Assembly: GCA_022705325.1 (NCBI GenBank)
Contig: JAKJER010000006.1
Coordinates: 169,097 to 233,096 of the forward strand
Direction of reading: 5' to 3'
DNA from: Planctomycetota bacterium
Lineage (GTDB): Bacteria; Planctomycetota; Phycisphaerae; SM23-33
Length of the DNA: 64,000 nt
The stretch's first letter is position 1. Each line of letters opens with the position of its first letter. The notes under the pieces were generated by a model. It was given only the letters and a program-made list of their open reading frames with translations. It did not search any database and was not told where the DNA came from. A program made the translations under genes and the position numbers. Shown here one piece after another: positions 16,387 to 25,076 of this stretch.

Positions 16387-17304
16387 ATGATGAAGGATTT
16401 CGTGAATCTCGATCCGTTTTCCGGCGAGCAGTTGCAGGACCTGATCGATCGGGCCATCGCGGACAAGGCCCTCTTCCGACAGGGCAAGCTCCAGCCCACC
16501 CTTGAGCGCAAGACGCTGGCCATGATCTTCGAGAAGCCCTCCCTGCGGACGAGGGTCAGCTTCGAGACGGCCATGACGCACCTCGGCGGGCACGCCATCT
16601 ACATGACCCAGGGCGACATCGGGCTGGGCAAGCGTGAGTCGGCCGAGGATACCGCCGCCGTCCTCGGGCGGATGTGCGACGCCATCATGGCCCGCACCTT
16701 CAGCCACGAGATGGTCGAGCGGCTGGCGGCCGCCAGCCCCACCCCGGTCATCAACGCCCTGACCGACTACAGCCACCCCTGCCAGGCGATGGCGGACCTG
16801 ATGACCGCCCAGGAGCACTTCGGCCCGCTGCAGGGGCGGACGCTGGTCTTCGTGGGCGACGGCAACAACGTGGCCCGCAGCCTGGCCCAGGGCTGCGCCG
16901 CCCTGGGCATGAGGTTCATCCTGGCCGCGCCCGAGGGCTACGAGTTGGAACAGGCCTTCGTGGACTCGCTGCCGGGCGGCTGCTACAGCCTCGTCCGCGA
17001 GCCCGCCCGCGCCGTCAAGGACGCCGACGTGCTCTACACCGACACCTGGGTCTCCATGGGCCAGGAGAAGGAAGGCCAGAAGCGCAAGAGCGACCTGTCA
17101 GCCTTCCAGATCAACGCGGAACTGCTGCGGGCCGCCCCGTCGCACGCCGTCGTCATGCATTGCCTGCCCGCCTACAAGGGCTGCGAGATCACCGCCGAGG
17201 CCTTCGACGCCCACGCCGAGACCATCTTCGCCGAGGCCGAGAACCGCCTGCACTTCCAGCGGACGCTGCTGAACGTGCTCATCGCCGAGGGCGGAATCCG
17301 ATAG
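16387..17304 (+). CDS. argF: Ornithine carbamoyltransferase
   Basis: 305 aa with the carbamoyl-phosphate-binding SLRTRVSFE (STRTR-type) and ornithine-binding …DYSHPCQAMADL… (HPxQ) motifs. Confidence 0.9.
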   Translation: MMKDFVNLDPFSGEQLQDLIDRAIADKALFRQGKLQPTLERKTLAMIFEKPSLRTRVSFETAMTHLGGHAIYMTQGDIGLGKRESAEDTAAVLGRMCDAIMARTFSHEMVERLAAASPTPVINALTDYSHPCQAMADLMTAQEHFGPLQGRTLVFVGDGNNVARSLAQGCAALGMRFILAAPEGYELEQAFVDSLPGGCYSLVREPARAVKDADVLYTDTWVSMGQEKEGQKRKSDLSAFQINAELLRAAPSHAVVMHCLPAYKGCEITAEAFDAHAETIFAEAENRLHFQRTLLNVLIAEGGIR

Positions 17305-17446
17305 CAGTCCGATTCGGTGTCTGCCGCCCATCTCCGAGCAGTCCTTGCCGGCTGGTCGACACATCCCCCCTGTCGTCGCCCCGGCCGATTTGCCTGTTGA
17401 TAGCGGCGGCCGTTGGCGACATCATACGGGCGCAAGGAGAATCGAC

Positions 17447-18811
17447 ATGAACGCACGCGTGCGGCTTGCGGGTTTTGCATTGTGGGCATGCGTCCTGTTG
17501 TCGTTGGCGGGCGGCGCCCGGGCCCAGGCGCAGACGTCGTCGGAGAAGTTGTGGCGCGAGCCGGCCCTGCAGAAACGGATCGACCAGAACATCGAGAAGT
17601 ACCGCAAGGGCGAGGCCGCCGTCGAGATCGTCGACGCCGCCGGCAAGCCTCTGCCCGGCCTGCGGATCACGGCCACACAGACCGGCCACGAGTTCCTCTT
17701 CGGCTGCAACGCCTTCGTCCTGGGCCAGCTCAAGACGCCTGAGATGAACCGGCGATACGAGGAGGCGTTCCTGAAGGTGTGCAACTTCGCCACCGTGCCC
17801 TTCTACTGGGCGGGCACCGAGCCGGCCCGCGGCGAGCTGCGCTACGCGGAGGGCTGTCGCGACATCTGGCGCAGGCCCCCGGGCGAGCGGTTCGTGGCAT
17901 TCGCAGCCAGGCACGGCCTGACGCTGAAGGGCCACCCGCTGCTGTGGCACGCGCACAATCCGTCCTGGCTGCCCAAGGACGCCGACGAACTCCGCGCGCT
18001 CTACCGCAAACGCTTCGGCGAGTTGGCGGAGCGGTTCGGCAGGCACGTCCCGATCTGGGACGTGGTCAACGAGTCGCTCGTCTGCCCCAAGACCTATCCG
18101 CTGTACACGCCCGACCGCGGGTACGTCGCGTGGGCGTTCGCGCAGGCCGTGCCGCTCTTCCCGCCCGGCAACGTGATGATGATCAACGAGGTGACCTCGT
18201 TCAACTTCCAGCCGGCCGGGCGGAACGCCTACCTCGCGCAGGTCAAGACCCTGCTGGCCGGCGGGGCCAAGGTCCGCGGCGTGGGGCTGCAGTTCCACTT
18301 CTTCCGGCGCCCGCACCTGGACGCCTACCTGAAGGGGCCCAACTGCGACCCCGACAAGCTGCTGGACCTCTACGAGGCGTTCAGCGAGTTGAACCTGCCG
18401 CTCTACATCACCGAGATCACGATCCCCTCCAGCGGCGAGGGCGGCGACGAACTCCAGGCCCGCGTCGTCCGCGACCACTACCGCCTGTGGTTCGCCGCGC
18501 CCGCGATGGCCGGGATCACCTGGTGGAACCTGGGCGACGGCACGGCCGTGCAGGGCGAGAACGAAGCCAAGGGCGGCCTGCTGGACGAGGAGCTGAAGCC
18601 CAAGCCCGCCTACGCCGCTCTCGACGAACTCATCAACAAGGAATGGAAGACGACCGCCGACCTCCGCAGCGACCCCAAAGGGGCCGCCTCCTTCCGCGGG
18701 TTCTACGGAACGTACCGGCTGGAGGCGAGCGACGGCGCCAAGACGCAGAGCTTCGAGATCCGCCACTTCCGCGGCCAGAACAAGCCCCACCGCCTGACCT
18801 TCGCGCCATGA
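17447..18811 (+). CDS. Secreted endo-1,4-beta-xylanase, glycoside hydrolase family 10
   Basis: Signal peptide MNARVRLAGFALWACVLLSLAGGARAQA. The GH10 catalytic motifs WDVVNESL (acid/base) and YITEITI (nucleophile) are present. Start trimmed from the 488-aa track ORF. Confidence 0.88.
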   Translation: MNARVRLAGFALWACVLLSLAGGARAQAQTSSEKLWREPALQKRIDQNIEKYRKGEAAVEIVDAAGKPLPGLRITATQTGHEFLFGCNAFVLGQLKTPEMNRRYEEAFLKVCNFATVPFYWAGTEPARGELRYAEGCRDIWRRPPGERFVAFAARHGLTLKGHPLLWHAHNPSWLPKDADELRALYRKRFGELAERFGRHVPIWDVVNESLVCPKTYPLYTPDRGYVAWAFAQAVPLFPPGNVMMINEVTSFNFQPAGRNAYLAQVKTLLAGGAKVRGVGLQFHFFRRPHLDAYLKGPNCDPDKLLDLYEAFSELNLPLYITEITIPSSGEGGDELQARVVRDHYRLWFAAPAMAGITWWNLGDGTAVQGENEAKGGLLDEELKPKPAYAALDELINKEWKTTADLRSDPKGAASFRGFYGTYRLEASDGAKTQSFEIRHFRGQNKPHRLTFAP

Positions 18812-18854
18812 CGGCTCGCCCGGTGAATGTCGGCGGCCGCTACCGGCCGTAATC

Positions 18855-18886
18855 GGGGAATACCATACCTATTCCCCTTCCTTTGG
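18855..18886 (+). terminator. Candidate intrinsic terminator downstream of the xylanase gene
   Basis: Perfect 8-bp stem GGGGAATA / TATTCCCC with a 7-nt loop, followed by TTCCTTTGG, 44 nt after the stop codon. Confidence 0.5.
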
Positions 18887-19530
18887 TGGGCGGGCGCTCC
18901 GCCGCAGACGGAGCCGCTACGGGCAAAGGGCCTGTGCCAACGCGGAAGAGGACAGGCGGGACGGCTGTCGTACCATAGTTGCGGCAGAGACGCGCGTTGT
19001 GCCCGAACGTTGCCATGCGTCGGCCTCGGATGACGCTAAGATATCCCCCGGCGAGCACGTTGAGAAGCAGAAACGGTTCTGGGCAAAGGCAAGCGGCAGC
19101 AAGCGAAAGAGACCCGAAGGGTCCAAAGCAGGTAGCCGGGGCGTACGGGTGCGTCGCTTGTAGTGTGCCCGTGAGGGCATCGCAGACCGTAAGCGTGTGG
19201 GCATCCCGAAGACCGCCTTACGGCGGGACTACGAGCGCCGCATTCGGAGCTCAAGCCGACGGCGTACGGGGAATTCAGGGAAAGGGAATTCCGCGGTCGC
19301 CCTGGGCTTTCCGAGACGCCCCCTGGGGGCTATTCCCGCCCACCGTCGCCCTTGCGGCGGCCCCTTGGGGGCAAGCGGTGATCCTGGGCCGCCCGTACGG
19401 CCCCCACCGGCCAGGTGATCGCGCGATTTCCGACGCCCTTCCACGACTTGGGTGTGGCACGAGCGGCGTCTTCCGGCCGGCGTGTCTTTCGGGTATCGTG
19501 GTGCGCTCAACGCCTTCAAGGAGCATCGCC

Positions 19531-20757
19531 ATGACGAAGTCCTCTCTTTCACGTCTGTTCGTCCCAGCCCTGGTCGCGGTGGCGAGTGTGTCGGCGGCCC
19601 TGGGCGCGGCGCAGGGGCCGGCGGCGGCAACCGCGGTCGCCATCGACGCCGACTACGGCGGCGGGAACGTGATCGTCGAGAAGATCGAAGGCGACGTGGT
19701 GCAGCTTCGCCCGGACCTGCGCGACACCAACGGATGGTGGTTCTACTTCAACTTCCGCGTGCGCGGGGCGGCTGGGCGGACGCTCACCTTCCGCTTCAGC
19801 GGGAACAATCCGATCGGCGTTCGCGGCCCGGCCGTCAGCGTCGACGGGGGTAAGAGCTGGTCGTGGCTGGGCGCGGAGACGGTCAAGGGGGCGGCGTTCA
19901 CGTACGCTTTCGGGCCCGGCGCGGGCGAGGTGCGTTTCTCGTTCGCCATCCCCTACCTGGAGCGGGACCTGAAGGAGTTCCTGGATCGCCACAAGGGCGA
20001 CAAGCACCTGGCCGTGCGGGAACACTGCAAGAGCAAGGCTGGGCGCAGCGTCGAGCGGATCCACGCGGGCAAGCTCGAAGGCGAGCCGCGGTTCCGCGTG
20101 CTGACGACCTCGCGACATCACGCCTGCGAGTCCATGGGCACCTACGCGATGGAGGGCCTGCTGGAGGCGGTGCTGGCTGACAGCGAAGACGGGCGGTGGT
20201 TCCGCGAGAACGTCGAGCTGGCGGCCGTGCCGTTCATGGACAAAGACGGCGTGGAGCAAGGCGACCAGGGCAAGAACCGCAAGCCCCGCGACCACAACCG
20301 CGACTACGCGGGCACGAGCGTGCACCCGGAGGTGGCGGCCATGCGGGAGTTTGCGCCCAGGTGGTCCGGGGGCCGGCTGGCGGCGGCGTTCGACCTGCAC
20401 TGCCCGTGGATCCGCGGGCCGCACAACGAGGTGATCTACATCGTGGGCAGCCGGCACGCGAAGATCTGGGAGCAGCAGCAGGCGTTCGCCAAGCTGCTGG
20501 AGAAGCTCCAGAGCGGCCCGCTGGCGTACAAGGCGGCGGACAATCTACCCTTCGGCCAGGCGTGGAACACCGGCGCCAACACCGGGGCCAACAAGAGCTT
20601 CGCCCTGTGGGCGAGCGAGTTGGAAGGCGTGCGGCTGGCAGCCTCGTTCGAGATCCCCTACGCCAACGCGGGCGGGCGGGTCGTCACGGGCGACGCGGCC
20701 CGCCAGTTCGGACGCAGCCTGGCCGGGGCGATCCGGGCCTACCTGGAGGGACGGTAG
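19531..20757 (+). CDS. M14-family zinc carboxypeptidase-like protein with an N-terminal beta-rich domain and signal peptide
   Basis: MTKSSLSRLFVPALVAVASVSAALGAAQG signal. An HxxE zinc motif (…TTSRHHACESMG…) and a downstream His fit the M14/succinylglutamate-desuccinylase superfamily. Start trimmed from the 592-aa ORF after a 720-nt non-coding stretch. Confidence 0.5.
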   Translation: MTKSSLSRLFVPALVAVASVSAALGAAQGPAAATAVAIDADYGGGNVIVEKIEGDVVQLRPDLRDTNGWWFYFNFRVRGAAGRTLTFRFSGNNPIGVRGPAVSVDGGKSWSWLGAETVKGAAFTYAFGPGAGEVRFSFAIPYLERDLKEFLDRHKGDKHLAVREHCKSKAGRSVERIHAGKLEGEPRFRVLTTSRHHACESMGTYAMEGLLEAVLADSEDGRWFRENVELAAVPFMDKDGVEQGDQGKNRKPRDHNRDYAGTSVHPEVAAMREFAPRWSGGRLAAAFDLHCPWIRGPHNEVIYIVGSRHAKIWEQQQAFAKLLEKLQSGPLAYKAADNLPFGQAWNTGANTGANKSFALWASELEGVRLAASFEIPYANAGGRVVTGDAARQFGRSLAGAIRAYLEGR

Positions 20758-20809
20758 CGAACGGGCCTGTTCGTCGCAGGGGGCGGTCGCGCCGGCTGCT
20801 CGTCGGGGG

Positions 20810-21754
20810 TCAACCCTGGCGGGACCCTTGCGGGCGGAGGTACTTCACGATCTTGTCCATCATGGCGTCGAAGAACTCGTGGGAGTAGGTCACGCCGTGG
20901 TGGAGCCGAAGCGGGCGGATGTCCTCCGGGAGGTCGCCGCCCTGGGGGAAGGCGAAGTCGGGCATCATCAGGGGGATGATGTTGCTCTTGACGCGGATCG
21001 CCTGGGCGATCTCTTTGCGGACCCAGTCCTCGTCGTCGCGGCAATGGGCGAGCGAGTTGGGCGACAGGATGAGCAGGAAGTTCGGCGCGTAGGCGATTTC
21101 CGCGAGCAAGGCTTCGTCGAAGTGCCCGGTGGACAGGTCGTCCACGTCGAGGAACACGCTGAAGCCGCGCTGTCGCAGTTCCGCGCGGATGAGCCGGGCG
21201 GTCTGGCCGCCCTCGCGGCGTCGATAGCTGATGAACACGTCGCTGCCCTGCGGGGCGGGGGCGGCGGGGCTTGGCGGCGCGGGAGCAGCAGGCGGCCGGG
21301 CCGGCGCCTGCACGGGCGGTGGGGTCGCGGACGGCCTTGAGGGGGCCGACGTCGATGGCGGAAGCTTGCGGAGAATAGCAATCAGCCGCTCGACGTGCTT
21401 GGCCAGGGGCGGCGGGAAGAGGTCCATCCACGGGGCGTTGCCCAGCAGATACTCCAGCGTGCCGCGCGGTTGCACCTTCTCCAGGCGGCACGGGATGACG
21501 ACCTTGCCGCGGGCTGTCGCACACTCGATCTCGCGGATGATCTGCCGCGATTCGTTGGCCTCCTGGCTGAACAGGAAGACCACGACCCGGGCCGACTGAA
21601 TGGCGTCCAGGATGGACGTGGACCACTCCGCGCCCTCGGGGAGGTCCCTGGGGGCGAACCAACACCGCAGGCCGGCAGCCTCCAGTTGCTCACAGACGGC
21701 CTTGCGCTTGTCGGACTGCCGCAGCGGACACGTGATGAAGACGTCGTGCGCCAT
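20810..21754 (-). CDS. Tandem TIR-TIR domain protein: two Toll/interleukin-1-receptor-like domains joined by a Pro/Ala-rich linker
   Basis: Domain 1 is MAHDVFITCP…VVVFLFSQEANESRQIIREIE… and domain 2 is …SDVFISYRRREGG…FLLILSPNSLAHCRDDEDWVRKEI…. Both have the DVFIS/T betaA motif and the S-x-x-S…E (alphaC catalytic Glu) pattern of NAD-cleaving TIR domains. The linker is PPSTSAPSRPSATPPPVQAPARPPAAPAPPSPAAPAP. Confidence 0.7.
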   Translation of the reverse strand: MAHDVFITCPLRQSDKRKAVCEQLEAAGLRCWFAPRDLPEGAEWSTSILDAIQSARVVVFLFSQEANESRQIIREIECATARGKVVIPCRLEKVQPRGTLEYLLGNAPWMDLFPPPLAKHVERLIAILRKLPPSTSAPSRPSATPPPVQAPARPPAAPAPPSPAAPAPQGSDVFISYRRREGGQTARLIRAELRQRGFSVFLDVDDLSTGHFDEALLAEIAYAPNFLLILSPNSLAHCRDDEDWVRKEIAQAIRVKSNIIPLMMPDFAFPQGGDLPEDIRPLRLHHGVTYSHEFFDAMMDKIVKYLRPQGSRQG

Positions 21755-21864
21755 CGCTCCTGCACGATAACAGAATCGAACGAGGCTCGCCAGTTAAAGC
21801 CTTCGCGCGCGGACCCGCGGGAGCGCAGAACGCTCGGGCGGCGAGAACCGAACGGCGAATGTCT

Positions 21865-22030
21865 CAATGTCCCATTTTTTCGGAAGTTGTCCTGACGGAT
21901 TGGGAGGGCAAGACAGACTGCAACCGACCCTTCGTACGGCACTTACAGTCGCCTCTTCGAAAGCGTAAAAACAAGATTACCCTGAAATATCGGCGCAAAA
22001 ATGGGACATTCAGACCCTAAATGGGACATT
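21865..22030. promoter_or_regulatory. Operator-like repeats in a locally AT-richer spacer upstream of the TIR-TIR gene: 2 x AAATGGGACATT (direct, 20-nt phase) plus an inverted AATGTCCCATT copy
   Basis: AAATGGGACATT at 21999-22010 and 22019-22030; CAATGTCCCATTTTTT at 21865-21880. ATGGGACAT is itself a near-palindrome, and the 20-nt phasing equals two helical turns. Confidence 0.3.
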
Positions 22031-22085
22031 GGGACGTTCGGCTCTGTCGCGCCGGAGGCCAGGCCGGGCGTGGGCCTGGAAGTTC

Positions 22086-24284
22086 TCAGATCAGTTGGCC
22101 CTGGAAGGGGCCGCTGTTGCGGACGAAGACGGTGGTGGGCAGCTCGCCGACCAGCTCGTGCAGGCTCAGGGCGTAGGCGGCCTCCTCGCCCTCGGCGGGG
22201 GTCCGCAGGCCGATGAAGACGAGGTCGGCGTGGCGGCTGGTGTCCTGGACGATGCGGCTGATGGGCTTGTCGTCGTCTCGGACGTGGACGCTGGCGCGGG
22301 CCTGGATGCGGACCGAATGGATCAGATCGGACAGGCTTCGCTCCATGTCCTCGCGCGAGTCCTCTCGCATGACGATGGACCGCAGGACGATCTCGGCGCC
22401 GCGCCAGAGGGGGTTGAGGCGGAGCAGGTGGGCCAGCAGGAGCATGAGGTCGCCGTTTCGCTGCTTGCCGCGCCACCAGATGTCGATCCGCTGGTGGCGA
22501 GGCGGGTGCGGGCCGGGATGGATGATCAGCGTGGCCTTGCCCAGGCGGTCGAGCGTCCGCAGGACGCGAAGCTGGGCCTCCGTGCGGGCCAGGTCGCCGG
22601 GCCATCCGAAGGCGATGGTGTTCGAGCGCAGCGTTCCCACGCCGTTGGCCTGGGCGATGTCGATCAGCCCGGTCTCGTACTTCTCGACCACGTCGACCTC
22701 GGCGAAGGCGAGGATGCCTTCCTGCCCGAGCAGGTCGGCCATTGTCTGCTCGCGCTGCTCGGCGGCCTGGCGGCGGTCCTCGGGCCGGCCGGTCATGACC
22801 TCGCAGACCGTCAGCAGCCCGTGCTCCTGGTTGAAGGCGGAGGCCAGCCGGACCAGGGCCAGGCGCTCCTCCAGGCGATCGGCGAAGAGCAGGATGTGAG
22901 GCCGCCAGCTCCGCGGCGAGCGGATGCGCTGCGTGAGCTGGTGAAGCCCCAGCCGCACCAGGCTCGCCCACGCGCCGGTCCAGACGTCGCCCCAACTGGC
23001 CTGGTAGACCCGCCGCCGCAGATACAGCCAGAGCACCAGCTCCAGGACCAGGGCGGCGACGCAGGCGACGGGATTGATGAGGAACATGACGGCCATCGCC
23101 CCGCCCACGCCGACCAGCGAGACCCACCAGGGCACGCGGATGGTCGGGCGGTAGGACGGATCGCGGACGAGCCTCTCGGCGGCGGCGACGAGGTTGATGA
23201 TCATGTACAGCGTGAGAAAAAAGACGGTGACGACGGTGGCGACGGTATTGAGGTTGCCCAGGGCGACGGCTGACAGGGCGATCGCCCCGCCGACCCAGGT
23301 GGCCACGGTGGGCTGGCCGGTGCGGGAGGTCCGCTCGAGCCGTCGCGGGGCCAGGCCGTCGCGGGCCAGGGCCTGGAGCACGCGGGCGCCGTTGAGGACG
23401 CTGCCGAAGGCGGAGGACAGGATGGCGGCCCACATGCCGGGGTAGATGAGCACCGCGCCCAGCCAGGCGACACGGGTCCACACGGGGGGCGATTGGGGAT
23501 TGATGTCGCCCAGCAGCTCGGGGTTGAGCACCGCGCTGACGGCCAGCAGAACGGGCACCAGCATGTAGATCGCCGCCCCCGCGCCCACGGCCGACAGCGT
23601 GCCCAGGGGAATGGACCGCTGGGGGTCTCTGAGGTCGCCGCTCATGCCGATGCCGGCGGTGAAGCCGGTGACGGCTGGGAAGTAGACGGCCAGCACCGTC
23701 CAGAACCCGCCCGCCGCGACGAGGCGGTCCGCGTCGCCCAGCCACTGGGGCGTCCGCAGGGGCCCGCCCAGCACGCCCCCGCCCAGGGCCACCAGCGACA
23801 GCCCGACCAGGACCATCAGCGGGAGCTGGAGCTGGAGCGACAACGACGCGCTCTTGCCCGCGATGGCGGTGGTGGCCAGGACGAACCCCGCCGCCAGCCA
23901 GGGCACCGGCGGCGCGCCCCAATGGGCGGGCCAGAACATGGCGATGGCCTCGGCCAGCCCGTAACAGTAGAGCGTGACGCTGAAGGTGCGGCAGAGGAAC
24001 AGGGGGATGCCGATGGCCCCGCCGATCGTCAGCCCGAGGCTGCGGCTGATGAGGTAGTACTCGCCTCCGGTGCCCAGGCGCATGTTGGTGGCCACCGCCG
24101 ACGCGCTGAGGGCCGTGATGAGGGCGATCGAGCTGCACAGGACGACGATGATCAGGGCGCCGACGAGCCCGGCGTTGGCCACGACCCACCCGAAACGAAG
24201 ATACATGATCACGCCCAGGATGGTCAGGATGCTGGGCGTGAAGACGCCCAGGAACGTGCCGAATTTCCTGGTTTCGCTTTCCAT
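22086..24284 (-). CDS. APC-superfamily / cation-chloride-cotransporter (SLC12)-like permease with a C-terminal cytoplasmic regulatory domain
   Basis: Start trimmed to MESETRKFGTFLGVFTPSILTILGVIMY… (ATG 24282-24284; GAGAAGG RBS; perfect TATAAT on the coding strand about 35 nt upstream). There are 12 predicted TM helices followed by an SLC12-type C-terminal domain. The 979-aa track ORF includes a non-coding 5' read-through. Confidence 0.7.
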   Translation of the reverse strand: MESETRKFGTFLGVFTPSILTILGVIMYLRFGWVVANAGLVGALIIVVLCSSIALITALSASAVATNMRLGTGGEYYLISRSLGLTIGGAIGIPLFLCRTFSVTLYCYGLAEAIAMFWPAHWGAPPVPWLAAGFVLATTAIAGKSASLSLQLQLPLMVLVGLSLVALGGGVLGGPLRTPQWLGDADRLVAAGGFWTVLAVYFPAVTGFTAGIGMSGDLRDPQRSIPLGTLSAVGAGAAIYMLVPVLLAVSAVLNPELLGDINPQSPPVWTRVAWLGAVLIYPGMWAAILSSAFGSVLNGARVLQALARDGLAPRRLERTSRTGQPTVATWVGGAIALSAVALGNLNTVATVVTVFFLTLYMIINLVAAAERLVRDPSYRPTIRVPWWVSLVGVGGAMAVMFLINPVACVAALVLELVLWLYLRRRVYQASWGDVWTGAWASLVRLGLHQLTQRIRSPRSWRPHILLFADRLEERLALVRLASAFNQEHGLLTVCEVMTGRPEDRRQAAEQREQTMADLLGQEGILAFAEVDVVEKYETGLIDIAQANGVGTLRSNTIAFGWPGDLARTEAQLRVLRTLDRLGKATLIIHPGPHPPRHQRIDIWWRGKQRNGDLMLLLAHLLRLNPLWRGAEIVLRSIVMREDSREDMERSLSDLIHSVRIQARASVHVRDDDKPISRIVQDTSRHADLVFIGLRTPAEGEEAAYALSLHELVGELPTTVFVRNSGPFQGQLI

Positions 24285-24401
24285 GTCTTGTGCCTTCTCG
24301 GGCGGCGGCTGACGGCGGATTATACAGGAGCCGGCCCGAAAGGCTACGCGTTTTGGCGACCCGGCGCCGGGGCCCGGAGTGCACCAGTGCCCGGGCGCGA
24401 C

Positions 24402-24430
24402 TTGAATTGTCCGTCCGCATCGGCGATACT
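24402..24430 (+). promoter_or_regulatory. Sigma70-like promoter TTGAAT-17-GATACT placing the TSS at or next to the tmk ATG (possible leaderless mRNA)
   Basis: -35 TTGAAT (24402-24407), 17-nt spacer, -10 GATACT (24425-24430); only 7 nt separate the -10 from the ATG at 24438. Confidence 0.35.
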
Positions 24431-24437
24431 CGCGGCC

Positions 24438-25076
24438 ATGCTCGACCTGGCGAAACGACTTTCCGGCAAGTTTATCGTGATCGACGGCCCCGACGGGGCC
24501 GGCAAAAGCACGCAGGCCAAGCTGCTGGCCGAGCACCTCCACGGGCGGAACATCCCCGTCCGCCAGGTGCGGGACCCGGGGGGTACGGCGATCGGCGACC
24601 AGATCCGCCACATCCTGCTGGACACCGCCCACCACCGCATGAGCGTGCCCTGCGAGCTGCTGCTGTACATGGCCAGCCGGGCGCAGTTGGCCGCCGAGGT
24701 GATCCGCCCGGCGCTGGCGAGCGGCTACTGCGTGCTCGGCGACCGGTACGTATCGTCCACGGTCGCCTACCAGGGCGCCGGCGGGCTGCCGGCCAACCAG
24801 GTGCTGGCGATGGCGGAGATCGCCGTCGGCTCGACCATGCCCGACCTGACGGTCGTGCTGGACCTGCCCTCGGAGGCCGGGCTGGCCCGCCTGGCCCGGG
24901 CCCGCGACCGCATGGAGTCCAAGGACCTCGCCTTCCACCGGCGCGTGCGGGAGTTGTTCCTCCAGCAGGCCAAGCGCGACCCGCGCCACTTCATGATCCT
25001 GGACGCCAACGACACCGTCGCTCACGTCCAGCAGCGGCTTCGCGACGCGATCGAGATGTGGGAGTTCCAGCGGTGA
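24438..25076 (+). CDS. tmk: Thymidylate kinase
   Basis: MLDLAKRLSGKFIVIDGPDGAGKSTQAKLLAEHL… gives a P-loop plus the DRY motif (…VLGDRYVSSTVAYQG…). The stop overlaps the holB GTG start (GTGA). Confidence 0.92.
   Translation: MLDLAKRLSGKFIVIDGPDGAGKSTQAKLLAEHLHGRNIPVRQVRDPGGTAIGDQIRHILLDTAHHRMSVPCELLLYMASRAQLAAEVIRPALASGYCVLGDRYVSSTVAYQGAGGLPANQVLAMAEIAVGSTMPDLTVVLDLPSEAGLARLARARDRMESKDLAFHRRVRELFLQQAKRDPRHFMILDANDTVAHVQQRLRDAIEMWEFQR

Noticed and set aside
18812-19530. tmRNA, RNase P RNA, SRP RNA or group II intron domain V in the long non-coding gap
   Set aside because: No match by eye to the conserved cores (RNase P GGAAAGUCCGG, tmRNA resume/3' CCUCCACCA end, intron D5 GAGCCGUAUG…ACGGUUC). 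The region is kept only as an unexplained gap.
21943-24420. 825-aa minus-strand ORF and 414-aa + ORF (22029-23273)
   Set aside because: These are off-frame or antisense to the 12-TM SLC12-like transporter frame (22086-24284), which has coherent hydrophobic helices. The rejected frames are Arg/Pro-rich.
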